Below, piece after piece: positions 20,479 to 30,298 of a stretch of 64,000 bases of DNA (the first letter of the stretch is position 1; each line of letters opens with the position of its first letter). The notes beneath the pieces are model-generated. The model saw only the letters and a list, made by a program, of their open reading frames with translations, was not told the origin of the DNA and did not search any database. This DNA is from an uncultured Gammaproteobacteria bacterium (GTDB lineage: Bacteria > Patescibacteriota > Microgenomatia > JALYQM01). The stretch lies in contig CAYOFQ010000001.1 in the NCBI GenBank assembly GCA_964403585.1, positions 1,216,826 through 1,280,825 of the forward strand. Direction: 5' to 3'. The position numbers and the translations under genes are program-made.

Positions 20479-22590
20479 TTACGCTGCTGCTGTTTTTACA
20501 TTTTTGTTGATTATCTGAGCTGCAATGTTTGGAGGCATTTCTTCATAATGTGAAGGCAGCATCACTGAAGTCGCACGTCCCTGCGTCATTGAACGCAAGT
20601 TTGTGGTATAACCAAACATTTCAGCCAATGGAACTAAGGCATTGATAATAACCGCATTAGCACGCTTCTCTGTACCTAAAATCTGAGCTCTCTTTGATGA
20701 CAAGTCACCAATGACATCTCCCATGAAATCATCAGGTGTCGTAACTTCAACCTTCATGATTGGCTCAAGCAGAACCATATCAGCGTTTTGTACAGTATTT
20801 TTTACACCCATTGAACCAGCGATTTTAAACGCCTGTTCATTAGAGTCAACCTCATGATAGGATCCATCAGTAACAACTACTCGAATGTCTACCATTGGAT
20901 ATCCCGCTAAGATACCACCATCAAGCGCTTCTCTAACACCTTTTTCGATAGCCGGGATATATTCACGAGGAATAGCACCGCCGAATATTTCTGATTTCCA
21001 CTCAAATCCCTGTCCACGTTCAAGCGGCTCAACGCGCATGACAGCATGACCATACTGTCCACGACCTCCGGACTGGCGGATAAATTTACCTTCACCAGTG
21101 GCGATCTTCTTGATTGTTTCACGATAGGCAACCTGTGGCTGACCGACATTCGCCTCAACTTTAAATTCACGCTTCATTCGATCAACTAAAATTTCCAGGT
21201 GAAGCTCACCCATACCAGAGATTAACGACTGACCTGTTTCCTGATTAGTACTGACGCGGAATGTTGGATCTTCTTCAGAGAGCTTAGATAAGGCTAGACC
21301 CATTTTCTCTTGGTCAGCTTTAGTCTTTGGTTCAATCGCCAATGAGATAACTGGCTCAGGAAACGTAATTGATTCTAATACAATTTGCTTAGATTCATCG
21401 CACAAAGTATCACCAGTAAATGTTTTAGCTAAACCGACAACACCGACAATCTCTCCAGCGTATGCTTCATCAATCTGTTCCTGTTTGTTAGCATGCATTA
21501 AATACAAACGACCAATACGTTCTTTATTTCCTTTAGTAGAGTTCAATACATATGATCCTGCTTTAAGAACACCAGAATATACACGTACATAGGTGAGCTT
21601 ACCAACAAATGGATCAACTTGAATTTTGAATGATAGTCCTGAAAAGGCTTCTTCGTTGACTGTCTTACGAATTTCTTCTTCCTCAGTTATTGGGTTAGTT
21701 CCTTTTACTTCACCAAGATCAACAGGTGAAGGAAGATAATCAATAACGGCATCGAGAAGTGGCTGTACACCTTTATTCCGGAGCGAAGAACCGGCAAGTA
21801 CCGGAACAATCTTATATCCGATAACTGCAGCACGCAAAGCTTTCTTTAACTCTTCAATACCAATCTCTTCACCATTGAGAAATTTTTCCATCAGCACGTC
21901 GTCTGTTTCAGCAATCTTCTCGACCAAAACGGCACGGTGTTGTTCAATTTCATCTTTCATTTCTTCGACAACTGAAGCATCTTCAACGAACTTAGCACCG
22001 GTTTCATCACCCTGCCATACCCATCCGGTTCGTGTTAACAAATCGACAACACCACGGAAGGAGTTTTCTGCACCGATAGGCAAATTGTACGCTACCGCGG
22101 GAGCACCGAGGCGCTCGTGTATAGACTTAATGGTTGCATGGAAATCTGCACCAAGCTTATCCATTTTATTAACGAAACAAATACGAGGAACTTTATATTT
22201 ATCTGCCTGTCGCCATACAGTTTCAGACTGAGACTGAACACCTTCTTCAGCATCAAGCACAGTCACGCCACCGTCAAGAACACGCAGTGAACGTTCTACT
22301 TCGGCTGTAAAGTCAACGTGCCCGGGAGTATCAATGATGTTAATACGATTATCTTTCCAGAATGCAGTAATGGCAGCCGAAACGATAGTAATACCTCGTT
22401 CCTTTTCCTGCTCCATCCAGTCGGTAGTAGTATTACCTTCATCAATATCACCAAGCTTGTAGTTCTTCCCTGTATAGAAAAGAATTCGCTCGGTGGTGGT
22501 GGTTTTACCAGCATCGATATGAGCGATAATTCCGATATTACGGATTTTGTCTAACGGATAAATACGGTTGGTTGTGGTCTGTTGTGCCAT
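20479..22590 (-). CDS. fusA: elongation factor G
   Basis: [24 protein letters not shown] motifs; 703 aa. Confidence 0.97.
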   Translation of the reverse strand: MAQQTTTNRIYPLDKIRNIGIIAHIDAGKTTTTERILFYTGKNYKLGDIDEGNTTTDWMEQEKERGITIVSAAITAFWKDNRINIIDTPGHVDFTAEVERSLRVLDGGVTVLDAEEGVQSQSETVWRQADKYKVPRICFVNKMDKLGADFHATIKSIHERLGAPAVAYNLPIGAENSFRGVVDLLTRTGWVWQGDETGAKFVEDASVVEEMKDEIEQHRAVLVEKIAETDDVLMEKFLNGEEIGIEELKKALRAAVIGYKIVPVLAGSSLRNKGVQPLLDAVIDYLPSPVDLGEVKGTNPITEEEEIRKTVNEEAFSGLSFKIQVDPFVGKLTYVRVYSGVLKAGSYVLNSTKGNKERIGRLYLMHANKQEQIDEAYAGEIVGVVGLAKTFTGDTLCDESKQIVLESITFPEPVISLAIEPKTKADQEKMGLALSKLSEEDPTFRVSTNQETGQSLISGMGELHLEILVDRMKREFKVEANVGQPQVAYRETIKKIATGEGKFIRQSGGRGQYGHAVMRVEPLERGQGFEWKSEIFGGAIPREYIPAIEKGVREALDGGILAGYPMVDIRVVVTDGSYHEVDSNEQAFKIAGSMGVKNTVQNADMVLLEPIMKVEVTTPDDFMGDVIGDLSSKRAQILGTEKRANAVIINALVPLAEMFGYTTNLRSMTQGRATSVMLPSHYEEMPPNIAAQIINKNVKTAAA

Positions 22591-22644
22591 AAAAAATTTT
22601 GATAAATAAATAATAACAAATCAATAAAATAGCTCTTTAAATGC

Positions 22645-22691
22645 AATAAAAAACGCCAACTTTAAGCTCGTACACTGTAAAGTCTGGCGCC
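22645..22691 (-). terminator. terminator/attenuator-like hairpin between the 118-aa ORF and fusA
   Basis: Minus-strand ggcgccagacttta...taaagttggcg (11 bp, one bulge) followed by TTTTTTATT. Confidence 0.4.
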
Positions 22692-22790
22692 GAAATCATT
22701 TTCTCTCTTATACAGAGAACCTATCGATGTTCGATAAACCAGTTAGATGATATCAAATACACAAAATAAATACAATATTTAGTTCGACTA

Positions 22791-23147
22791 CTAATCATTG
22801 ACACGGCGAATACTATAAACAGTCATCGGAACACCCAACGTATTTGCTACAGCAACTTCCAAGTCTCCCCTAACGATATCTTCACGCTCATAGCCTTTTT
22901 TCAGTAACTTTTTCTTCAATTTCCGCCACTTTTTACCGGTAATCTCAGGGTCCACTAACGCGGCCGGTCTCCAGGCTTCAGCCGAAGTGCCCGTACTGAC
23001 AACTGAGTACTCTTTTTTAGTACGAACAACCACATCTACCGCATGCTTAGAACTATGTGGAGCAAGAACCAACTTAAGTTGACCACCTTGCGGAATTTCA
23101 CTAATAATTCCACCTGCCGGAGAAAAAATTTCGGTATGTGAAGACAT
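22791..23147 (-). CDS. hypothetical small protein (118 aa) between rpsG and fusA
   Basis: ORF begins 24 nt after the rpsG stop, same strand; Lys-rich C-terminal half; no recognised motif. Confidence 0.45.
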   Translation of the reverse strand: MSSHTEIFSPAGGIISEIPQGGQLKLVLAPHSSKHAVDVVVRTKKEYSVVSTGTSAEAWRPAALVDPEITGKKWRKLKKKLLKKGYEREDIVRGDLEVAVANTLGVPMTVYSIRRVND

Positions 23148-23170
23148 ACGTAGTTTGATTTAGGTTAAAT

Positions 23171-23647
23171 TTACCAGCGGAAGTGCGCAAAAGCCTTGTT
23201 AGCTTCAGCCATCTTCAAAGTATTATCTCGCTTCTGAATTGCTGCGCCCAAATTATTGGTTGCATCAAGTACTTCAGCTACGAGTTTATCTGAAAATGAA
23301 TGAAATTCCCGGCTTGAACGCGCAGTAGCTGCAGTGATAATCCAGCGGATTGCTAAAGCTTCACGTCGGTCACCTCGAACTTCCATAGGGACCTGGTATG
23401 CAGCACCACCGACACGTCGGGGACGAACTTCCATTCGCGGACCAACATTACGGATAGCTGCTTCAAGCACAACAATCGGATCTTTACCCATATCAGCGAT
23501 CTTCTTGAGTGCATCGTACATGAGTTTTTCTGCTACGGATTTTTTTCCATCCAACATGATTCTGTTAACCATGCGGGTAACCAGTCGTGAATTATAGACT
23601 GGATCATTAATTAATGTTCTTTTTCTAATTTTGCCACCACGTGCCAT
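23171..23647 (-). CDS. rpsG: 30S ribosomal protein S7
   Basis: 158 aa; MARGGKIRKRTLINDPVYNS. Confidence 0.95.
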   Translation of the reverse strand: MARGGKIRKRTLINDPVYNSRLVTRMVNRIMLDGKKSVAEKLMYDALKKIADMGKDPIVVLEAAIRNVGPRMEVRPRRVGGAAYQVPMEVRGDRREALAIRWIITAATARSSREFHSFSDKLVAEVLDATNNLGAAIQKRDNTLKMAEANKAFAHFRW

Positions 23648-23662
23648 AAATTTACTCCACTA

Positions 23663-23872
23663 TTAATTTAATTGTACTCTTCGCGATGCCCGAGAAGTAG
23701 TCCTCAAGTCAACTTGAGGCTTAGGCTCAAGCCCTTCCCGTAACATAGCTGTATTATTGTTGAAGAATACTGGACGAAGTTCACGTATCCCGAAAACAGC
23801 AGGTCTTGTATTCACAAGACCGTCTTTATCAAAATTGTCATCATATCCCGCAGCTTCAGCTACAAATGCCAT
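23663..23872 (-). CDS. hypothetical small protein (69 aa) exactly filling the rpsL-rpsG spacer
   Basis: 12-15 nt gaps to both neighbours; may instead be non-coding spacer. Confidence 0.3.
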   Translation of the reverse strand: MAFVAEAAGYDDNFDKDGLVNTRPAVFGIRELRPVFFNNNTAMLREGLEPKPQVDLRTTSRASRRVQLN

Positions 23873-23884
23873 CGTTTCTACCCC

Positions 23885-24325
23885 TTACTTCTTACCACCC
23901 TTAGCAGCAGCTGCTGCCTGGCCTTTTTTCGCACCATACTTGCTTCGTCCTTGCATTCGTTTGGCAACACCTGCAGCATCAAGCTTGCCGCGAACGATAT
24001 GATATTTCACACCTGGAAGATCTTTAACACGACCTCCACGGATCATAACAATTGAGTGTTCAGCCAAAGAATGACCAATTCCGCCGATATATGCGGTAAC
24101 TTCTTTCTTGTTGGAAAGACGGACACGAGCAACCTTTCGAAGAGCTGAGTTTGGTTTTTTCGGAGTCATTGTTTTAACTACCGTACAAACACCCCGCTTC
24201 TGAGGGTTAAAGGTAGTAACCAGTTTGCGGTTACGTGCATTAAATGATTGACGCAATGCAGTAGCCTTCAATTTCTTGCTTGGCATGCTGCGTCCTTTTC
24301 GAATAAGTTGATTTATAGTAGGCAT
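23885..24325 (-). CDS. rpsL: 30S ribosomal protein S12 with Ala/Gly/Lys-rich C-terminal tail
   Basis: [12 protein letters not shown]...; tail [12 protein letters not shown]. Confidence 0.95.
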   Translation of the reverse strand: MPTINQLIRKGRSMPSKKLKATALRQSFNARNRKLVTTFNPQKRGVCTVVKTMTPKKPNSALRKVARVRLSNKKEVTAYIGGIGHSLAEHSIVMIRGGRVKDLPGVKYHIVRGKLDAAGVAKRMQGRSKYGAKKGQAAAAAKGGKK

Positions 24326-24333
24326 AGTTAGTG

Positions 24334-24362
24334 ATTATACCCGCGCATAGGCGAAGCGTCAA
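24334..24362 (-). promoter_or_regulatory. putative str-operon promoter
   Basis: Minus-strand TTGACG-N17-TATAAT; SD aaaagga before the rpsL ATG. Confidence 0.5.
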
Positions 24363-24415
24363 GCAGGTAAGCCAAAGACATTAAAGGAGCGCAACTAATT
24401 CGCATTTGTGCCAGC

Positions 24416-24556
24416 CGAACTTCCGCCCTGGATAGCGATTATGGGTTTATTAAGTACGTGGTGCGGAACTCATTAAGTAAGGAAAACCGGAGCATGTGAG
24501 GCCAACAAATCGAATTGGTCAGCTAGACCTCGAGCATGTTCGACAAAGCAAAACGA
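24416..24556 (+). repeat. copy A of a repeated ~100-140 nt intergenic element
   Basis: Shares cgaacttccgccctgg (16/16), ggagcatgt and gttcgacaa(a/g)g(c/a)aa(a/g)acgag blocks with 27211..27310; carries a ~36-nt insertion relative to copy B. Confidence 0.5.
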
Positions 24557-24572
24557 GTTATCAAGCAAACCA

Positions 24573-25715
24573 CTACTTCTTCCGTTCATGCCTCAAAAGA
24601 AGCACCCCAAATACCACAATTGCAACCGCTTCAATCGCGCCCAAAATGAGAAAACCCCAGCGCGGCTGCTGTCCATCCTCCGCAGTTGTAAAAATACCGC
24701 CTGGAATAAGTGCTGATGGCCCTGATTCAGTCTTTTGAGCCTGTACAGAGACTATTTTCTCGACACTTACCGAAGGCTTCAACACAAAACCATTCTTATC
24801 CAAAAGCGTAAACGTTACCTTTTGATTCCCCCCTGAAAGTCGCGGCAAGCGGGATTGAGGCTCCGTTACATAATAATGTACTCCCTCGGCAAATACATCA
24901 ATGTAACCATCCTTCCCCGGAGTAAAACCTGACAGGACAACCTCAAACGGAACTTCCTTGTTCATTTCGGTATTCCGTGGCAAGGTTACATTCTCAATTA
25001 CCGGCTTATTTTGCGAATAGATAAATGGCACCTGAAAATCGACAGTCGGAACAACCGGACGATCGTTCGCATTATATAGTGCAACGCGCAGAGAGTGCTT
25101 ACCTTCTGTTAGCGGCGTATTTAAGGTGTATCTGGTCGGATCAGCCAGATCCTTCGAAGTGCCGTCAACCTCTCCATCCACAAATACCTGATAGTATCCG
25201 GAATTTTCCTCAAAAGATGCATACTCATAGAGTATTGGGAAGGTCGGCGTGGCTGTATAGACAGTCGAATCGGGGCGGAAGTCTAGCACCTGCAACAAGG
25301 GACTCTTTTTCTGGACATGTATAGTAAAGGAATCGGCTATTCGGGGTACAAACGGCGAACGGTCAACATGCGTAAGTTCAACTTCAACATAATGCGTACC
25401 AACTCTCGGTATAGTAAGCGTCGCGCTGGTGGAAGCAGTATTGGTAAAGAATTTACCATCGACATACACTGCAATAACACCTGCCTGATACTCCTCAACC
25501 GGTTTTGCAGTAAGCAAATAGTTTGAAACTTCCATTTCCAGCGTAAATTTTGAGCTAACAATACTATCTTTTTGAGGGGATACAACGGATATACTTGGTG
25601 TCTTCGCGGTATCATCTGGAACCGGTACCAATAATCCGTCTTGTGCAGATACAGAAGCCATACCGAAAAATAAGCCTCCCAACATCAGTATCATTCCCAA
25701 GAGCAGTTTTTTCAT
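24573..25715 (-). CDS. secreted protein with N-terminal signal peptide and C-terminal transmembrane anchor (380 aa)
   Basis: MKKLLLGMILMLGGLFFGMASVSA signal; C-terminal GFLILGAIEAVAIVVFGVLLLRHERKK. Confidence 0.6.
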   Translation of the reverse strand: MKKLLLGMILMLGGLFFGMASVSAQDGLLVPVPDDTAKTPSISVVSPQKDSIVSSKFTLEMEVSNYLLTAKPVEEYQAGVIAVYVDGKFFTNTASTSATLTIPRVGTHYVEVELTHVDRSPFVPRIADSFTIHVQKKSPLLQVLDFRPDSTVYTATPTFPILYEYASFEENSGYYQVFVDGEVDGTSKDLADPTRYTLNTPLTEGKHSLRVALYNANDRPVVPTVDFQVPFIYSQNKPVIENVTLPRNTEMNKEVPFEVVLSGFTPGKDGYIDVFAEGVHYYVTEPQSRLPRLSGGNQKVTFTLLDKNGFVLKPSVSVEKIVSVQAQKTESGPSALIPGGIFTTAEDGQQPRWGFLILGAIEAVAIVVFGVLLLRHERKK

Positions 25716-25756
25716 ACTATTTAGTATAGGAGATCTCTAATCGGGAATCCAGTATC

Positions 25757-25786
25757 ATAAAAAACCCCCTCCAATAAGGAGGGGGT
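25757..25786 (-). terminator. rho-independent terminator after the glsB-like gene
   Basis: Minus-strand ccccctcc-ttatt-ggaggggg followed by TTTTTTAT. Confidence 0.6.
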
Positions 25787-25814
25787 GGAAAATTGCAGAG
25801 AAATTGATTAGAGA

Positions 25815-26069
25815 TTAGACAGTTCGACTGATCGCTCTTCCGATCATCAGAGCAACTATCGCACCAATTACTGCAACAAACAAACTCCAAAGGTTAAGTC
25901 CGCTTGCACCTGGAGCATCAGTTAAGTTAAAAAGGAATCCTCCGAGGAAAGCACCGATAATACCTAAAATGATATCACCGAGCAAACCCTGAGAACCGTT
26001 TGTCCCCATAATTACACTTGCTACCCAACCTGCTACTGCACCAAGGATAAGCCATGCAACAATATTCAT
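25815..26069 (-). CDS. GlsB/YeaQ/YmgE-family stress-response membrane protein
   Basis: IVAWLILGAVAGWVASVIMG signature; 84 aa. Confidence 0.8.
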   Translation of the reverse strand: MNIVAWLILGAVAGWVASVIMGTNGSQGLLGDIILGIIGAFLGGFLFNLTDAPGASGLNLWSLFVAVIGAIVALMIGRAISRTV

Positions 26070-26156
26070 ATAACCTCCTATTAAATTAATAATAAATAAT
26101 TATAGTAATAGTATAACATTTTAAATTATAATTGCAATACTCAATTGCACATTCTT

Positions 26157-26190
26157 ATAAAAAAGGCGACACATCTCTGTGCCGCCTTTG
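26157..26190 (-). terminator. rho-independent terminator after the 26211..26522 gene
   Basis: Minus-strand aaaggcggcac-agagatg-tgtcgccttt followed by TTTTTAT. Confidence 0.5.
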
Positions 26191-26210
26191 CTACACAATA
26201 ACTACCGTCA

Positions 26211-26522
26211 TTAGAAAGTAGTTGAATCGAGAGTTGTATCGGCAACATCGTCAAATGTGGTCTCAACTTTATTTTTACTCTTTACACTCTTCCCTGCTTT
26301 CTCTAAAGCATCGCCGGTTTTGTCAGCTACATTGGTTACTACCTCTGAAGTCTTGGTTTTGAGTGTGTCAGCAGTACCTTTAGCTTTGTTCATCAGGCGA
26401 TCTCTCTTATTCTTATCGGATAAATACGCTGCAGCTGCACCAACCGCAGCCCCAACCATAACAGCTCCCAGGGCACTTGCCACGCCGCTTCCTTTTTTAG
26501 GTGTGCTTGAATCGTAAGTCAT
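26211..26522 (-). CDS. small Ala/Gly/Lys-rich protein with N-terminal hydrophobic segment (YtxH-like, tentative)
   Basis: 103 aa; GVASALGAVMVGAAVGAAAAYL then charged coiled region. Confidence 0.4.
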   Translation of the reverse strand: MTYDSSTPKKGSGVASALGAVMVGAAVGAAAAYLSDKNKRDRLMNKAKGTADTLKTKTSEVVTNVADKTGDALEKAGKSVKSKNKVETTFDDVADTTLDSTTF

Positions 26523-26635
26523 AAATCCTCCTTCTTCCGCAACTTTATTGCAGACATTACATTAATAATATAAATTATAGATATATTATAGCACTATAGT
26601 TTTCATTTGTCGATTGGCTATGATATAGTACTTTC

Positions 26636-27169
26636 ATGACAGAAACAGCAACATTAGCAGGCGGATGTTTTTGGTGTACGGAAGCTATTTTTAAAAGAAT
26701 CAAAGGAGTTCTCTCCGTTGAATCAGGTTTTTCCGGAGGAAAAAGAGAAAATCCCACCTACTCTCAGGTTATTACCGATGCCACCGGCCACGCCGAATCC
26801 ATTCAAATTACATTTGATTCTGACATAATTAGGTACAGTGAAATCCTGGATATTTTCTGGCACATGCATGATCCAACAACACAAAACCGCCAGGGAGCTG
26901 ACATAGGCACACATTACCGTTCAATAATTTTTTATCATAGTGAAGAACAACATCAGACAGCTCTGGAATCTAAGACAGCAATAGAATCTGCCAAAATATA
27001 TCCAAACCCCGTTGTTACAGAGATCATACCTTTCGAAGCATTCTATAAAGCCGAAGACTACCATCAAAATTACTACGAGAATAATAAAGACAAAAACATG
27101 TACTGTCAGATAGTAATCGATCCGAAGATTCAGAAATTAATGCGGGAATATAAAGACCAATTAAAATAG
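26636..27169 (+). CDS. msrA: peptide methionine-S-sulfoxide reductase MsrA
   Basis: LAGGCFWCTEAIF active-site motif. Confidence 0.9.
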   Translation: MTETATLAGGCFWCTEAIFKRIKGVLSVESGFSGGKRENPTYSQVITDATGHAESIQITFDSDIIRYSEILDIFWHMHDPTTQNRQGADIGTHYRSIIFYHSEEQHQTALESKTAIESAKIYPNPVVTEIIPFEAFYKAEDYHQNYYENNKDKNMYCQIVIDPKIQKLMREYKDQLK

Positions 27170-27210
27170 GTTTCAGAGTTACTTGCGTAGCTTACTCGGC
27201 TTTACGAAGT

Positions 27211-27310
27211 CGAACTTCCGCCCTGGGAGATGATTACAATTCGGCGACGTGTACTTTTAAAGTACATTAAGGGAGTAATAACTGGAGCATGTTCGACAAG
27301 GAAAGACGAG
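27211..27310 (+). repeat. copy B of the repeated intergenic element
   Basis: See copy A; contains internal hairpin tgtactt-tta-aagtaca and long-range complementarity gtcgaac...gttcgac. Confidence 0.5.
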
Positions 27311-27367
27311 AAGCAAGCAAGCGATGACAAAGTGAGCATCAGTAACAAAAAACCAAAAAAGCGACTT

Positions 27368-27940
27368 CTATCCTAACCCCAACATCACCTTCACCACACC
27401 CCACTCAACAACCGTCAAGTAAATTACCCACACCACCAGCAAACTTCGAACAATAAAAACCTCAGTCCAGCCTCCCGTTTTCATACGCATGAATTTCAAA
27501 GGTGGAATTCCAAATCGGAACTTAATTGGCCATAATAAGGGAATCCCATCCTTAGTAATAGCATCGGCAAACAAATGAGAAATGAGCGAAATAACATACG
27601 CTAGCCACAATGCCTGCAGATTGAAGCCGTTCGCTTCAGGGATCATAAAAATGAGCCAGTGAGACAAATACCACAGAATTGCAACACCTAAAATTGAGTG
27701 CGAAATACTACGGTGTCTTCCAAAAGCCCGCTCCCCCACTTCGGCAAATAAGCGCTGACCTATTGGCACTATTTGATATATCTTATTTTCCTGGCTATCC
27801 AAATCCGGGGTTAAGCTTCCCAAAGAAATTAATAATACAGCAGCTATTACTGTTTGAGGATTGAGATGCGGCGTCTGCATAATGACTGCATAAGTATAAA
27901 CAGACACAAAACCAACTAGTTGGTGTGATTTTCCCACCAT
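27368..27940 (-). CDS. membrane-bound metal-dependent hydrolase (YdjM/DUF457-like)
   Basis: Multi-TM protein with GRHRSISHSILG-type His motifs; 190 aa. Confidence 0.55.
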   Translation of the reverse strand: MVGKSHQLVGFVSVYTYAVIMQTPHLNPQTVIAAVLLISLGSLTPDLDSQENKIYQIVPIGQRLFAEVGERAFGRHRSISHSILGVAILWYLSHWLIFMIPEANGFNLQALWLAYVISLISHLFADAITKDGIPLLWPIKFRFGIPPLKFMRMKTGGWTEVFIVRSLLVVWVIYLTVVEWGVVKVMLGLG

Positions 27941-28078
27941 AAAAATCCAATCTAAAATCGCCCTGAGTAACCGTGGAGCGATTTTCCGACCATATGAGTG
28001 TCAGAGTATAAGTTTTGGAGTTGACCGTCAAGCACTTCGAACCTTTACGCCATTGTTTTTAGGATATATCATATCTTC

Positions 28079-30292
28079 ATGGCAAAAAGCGTCGAACAAC
28101 CTGCAGAACCTCAAAAACCACATCAGATAATTGAACTGAAACCAAACCGTTTTGGTCTGGAAACACCTGACACTGCTATCTCACTATTTGGAGCACTTTC
28201 CTCGCTACCTCGCGCACCTTTCTTTGAGCGGTTACGGGGACGACACCACTCTATTACCCTGGAAATTGCGACTATCAATCAGGCGATCCATTTTTTCGCC
28301 GAAATGCCTGATCAGTTTAAAACCTTTTTTGAGAGTCAGCTGATTTCCCACTATCCGACTATTCAAATGTACCAGGTCGATGACTATCTACCGGGGTTCC
28401 TCTCTCAACCATATTTATCGTATGGTCAAATAAAATTTTACTCACCCTTCTACTACCCCATCAAAACCTTAAAGGATTTTAAAGACATCGATCCGCTTTC
28501 TTCAATCCTGGGTGTCATGTCAAAAACAAAGCCCAATGAGGGAATGCTAATTCAAATGACGCTGACCGCCGCACCACCCACCTGGCAGCGTATGGGTAGA
28601 AATGTCATTGATAAGGGTATTCCCGGACCGGAAAAAGGTACACGTCAAGCGCATCCGCAGGCAGCACTTATTCAGAGTAAAATCGATAGCAACGGACTGC
28701 ATGTAGCGATTAAAGTTGCCGCCTTTGCGGCAGATCTGAATACGGCAAGATCCAATTTGTATAATTTGGGTGGAGCCTACGGAGGATTCGCAACTGGTGA
28801 AGGGAACGCTTTGATATTACGATTACCATCGGTATTTGCCCGCAAAAAATTCCTGGAAAGCATGCGACAAAGAACCATCGCCTTCTCACCTCGAAACCAT
28901 GTCTTCTCGGATGAAGAACTCGCTACCATTTGGCATCTACCGGGTGAAAAACTGGCCGGTATTAAAAACATTGCGTGGGGAAAAAGCCAGAAAGGTGAGC
29001 CGCCACAAAACTTACCAATCGCACGGAATTTAACAGCCGAACAGAAACAGGAAGTTGCTTGGCTGGGACGGACTGATTTTAAAAACACTGAGGAAATTTT
29101 TGGTATTAAAAAAGAGGACCGGTTTAAACACACGTATGTAATTGGAAAAACCGGTACGGGTAAATCCACGCTTTTACAAAATATGATTATCTCGGATATG
29201 CGCAATCGCGAAGGATTATGTATCATCGATCCGCATGGCGATTTCGCCGATGTTATCCTCGATTATGTACCATCCTACCGTATTAACGATGTTGTTTACC
29301 TTGATCCTTCCGACATGGAACATCCGTTCCGCTTAAATCCGTTCGAGTTAGGCACCATTAACGCCTCCGACCTTACCGGACAACGCGAACTGGTTGCTGC
29401 CGGTATTGTGGGAATTTTCAAAAAACTGTATGCCAAGAGCTGGGGACCCCGATTGGAATATATTCTACGCAATGTAATCCTGACACTGGTACAGTTTAAA
29501 GATGCTACCTTTTTATACGTACCGGAAATGCTCACCAACGACCGCGTTAGAGGCGCGATTGTCTCCCGCATCCAGGATCCGGTCTTACGCAGTTTCTGGG
29601 AACAGGAATTTGCCGGCATGACCGATAAACTCCGCACCGAAGCAATCTCACCAATTCTAAACAAAGTCGGACAATTTATCAGTTCGCAATATACCCGATC
29701 GGTTATCTCAAGCCCTCGTTCTTCTATAAGTTTGGAGCAAATAATGGACGAGAAAAAAATTCTTATTCTTAACCTGTCTCAGGGAAAAATCGGCGAAGAC
29801 AACTCTGCTCTCCTTGGTGCGATGTTTATTACCAAAATGCAGATCGCTGCGATGAACCGCGCCTGGCTCGCCAAAGACCAGCGCCAGGATTTTTTCCTTT
29901 ACGTCGATGAGTTCCAGAACTTTGCTACTGACGCGTTCATTAAAATTCTTTCTGAAGCTCGTAAGTATCGTTTGGCCTTGATCATGGCTAACCAGTACAC
30001 ATCTCAGCTTAACGACGATATCCGCAGTTCAATCTTCGGTAACGTCGGTACATTAGTTTCCTTTACGGTTGGAGCGGAAGACGCCCCGTATCTCTCAAGA
30101 GAATTTGGAGGAATTTATACTGAACAAGACCTAGTAGGTATCGACAACTACAATATTGTTTGTAAACTTAACATCGATAACCAGACAAGTTTACCTTTTA
30201 GTGCCAAGACATTACCACTGCCTTACCAGCTGAAAAATAAAAACAAAGAGAAAGTACTCAAAGTAAGCTGGGAAAAATACGGAAAAAAATAA
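28079..30292 (+). CDS. TraD/VirD4/TrwB-like coupling-protein-family P-loop NTPase (FtsK/HerA superfamily) with novel soluble ~330-aa N-terminal domain
   Basis: Walker A VIGKTGTGKSTLLQNMI, DPHGDF motif, Walker B LYVDEFQNF; no TM helix at the N-terminus; 737 aa. Confidence 0.6.
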   Translation: MAKSVEQPAEPQKPHQIIELKPNRFGLETPDTAISLFGALSSLPRAPFFERLRGRHHSITLEIATINQAIHFFAEMPDQFKTFFESQLISHYPTIQMYQVDDYLPGFLSQPYLSYGQIKFYSPFYYPIKTLKDFKDIDPLSSILGVMSKTKPNEGMLIQMTLTAAPPTWQRMGRNVIDKGIPGPEKGTRQAHPQAALIQSKIDSNGLHVAIKVAAFAADLNTARSNLYNLGGAYGGFATGEGNALILRLPSVFARKKFLESMRQRTIAFSPRNHVFSDEELATIWHLPGEKLAGIKNIAWGKSQKGEPPQNLPIARNLTAEQKQEVAWLGRTDFKNTEEIFGIKKEDRFKHTYVIGKTGTGKSTLLQNMIISDMRNREGLCIIDPHGDFADVILDYVPSYRINDVVYLDPSDMEHPFRLNPFELGTINASDLTGQRELVAAGIVGIFKKLYAKSWGPRLEYILRNVILTLVQFKDATFLYVPEMLTNDRVRGAIVSRIQDPVLRSFWEQEFAGMTDKLRTEAISPILNKVGQFISSQYTRSVISSPRSSISLEQIMDEKKILILNLSQGKIGEDNSALLGAMFITKMQIAAMNRAWLAKDQRQDFFLYVDEFQNFATDAFIKILSEARKYRLALIMANQYTSQLNDDIRSSIFGNVGTLVSFTVGAEDAPYLSREFGGIYTEQDLVGIDNYNIVCKLNIDNQTSLPFSAKTLPLPYQLKNKNKEKVLKVSWEKYGKK

Positions 30293-30298
30293 CCTAAA

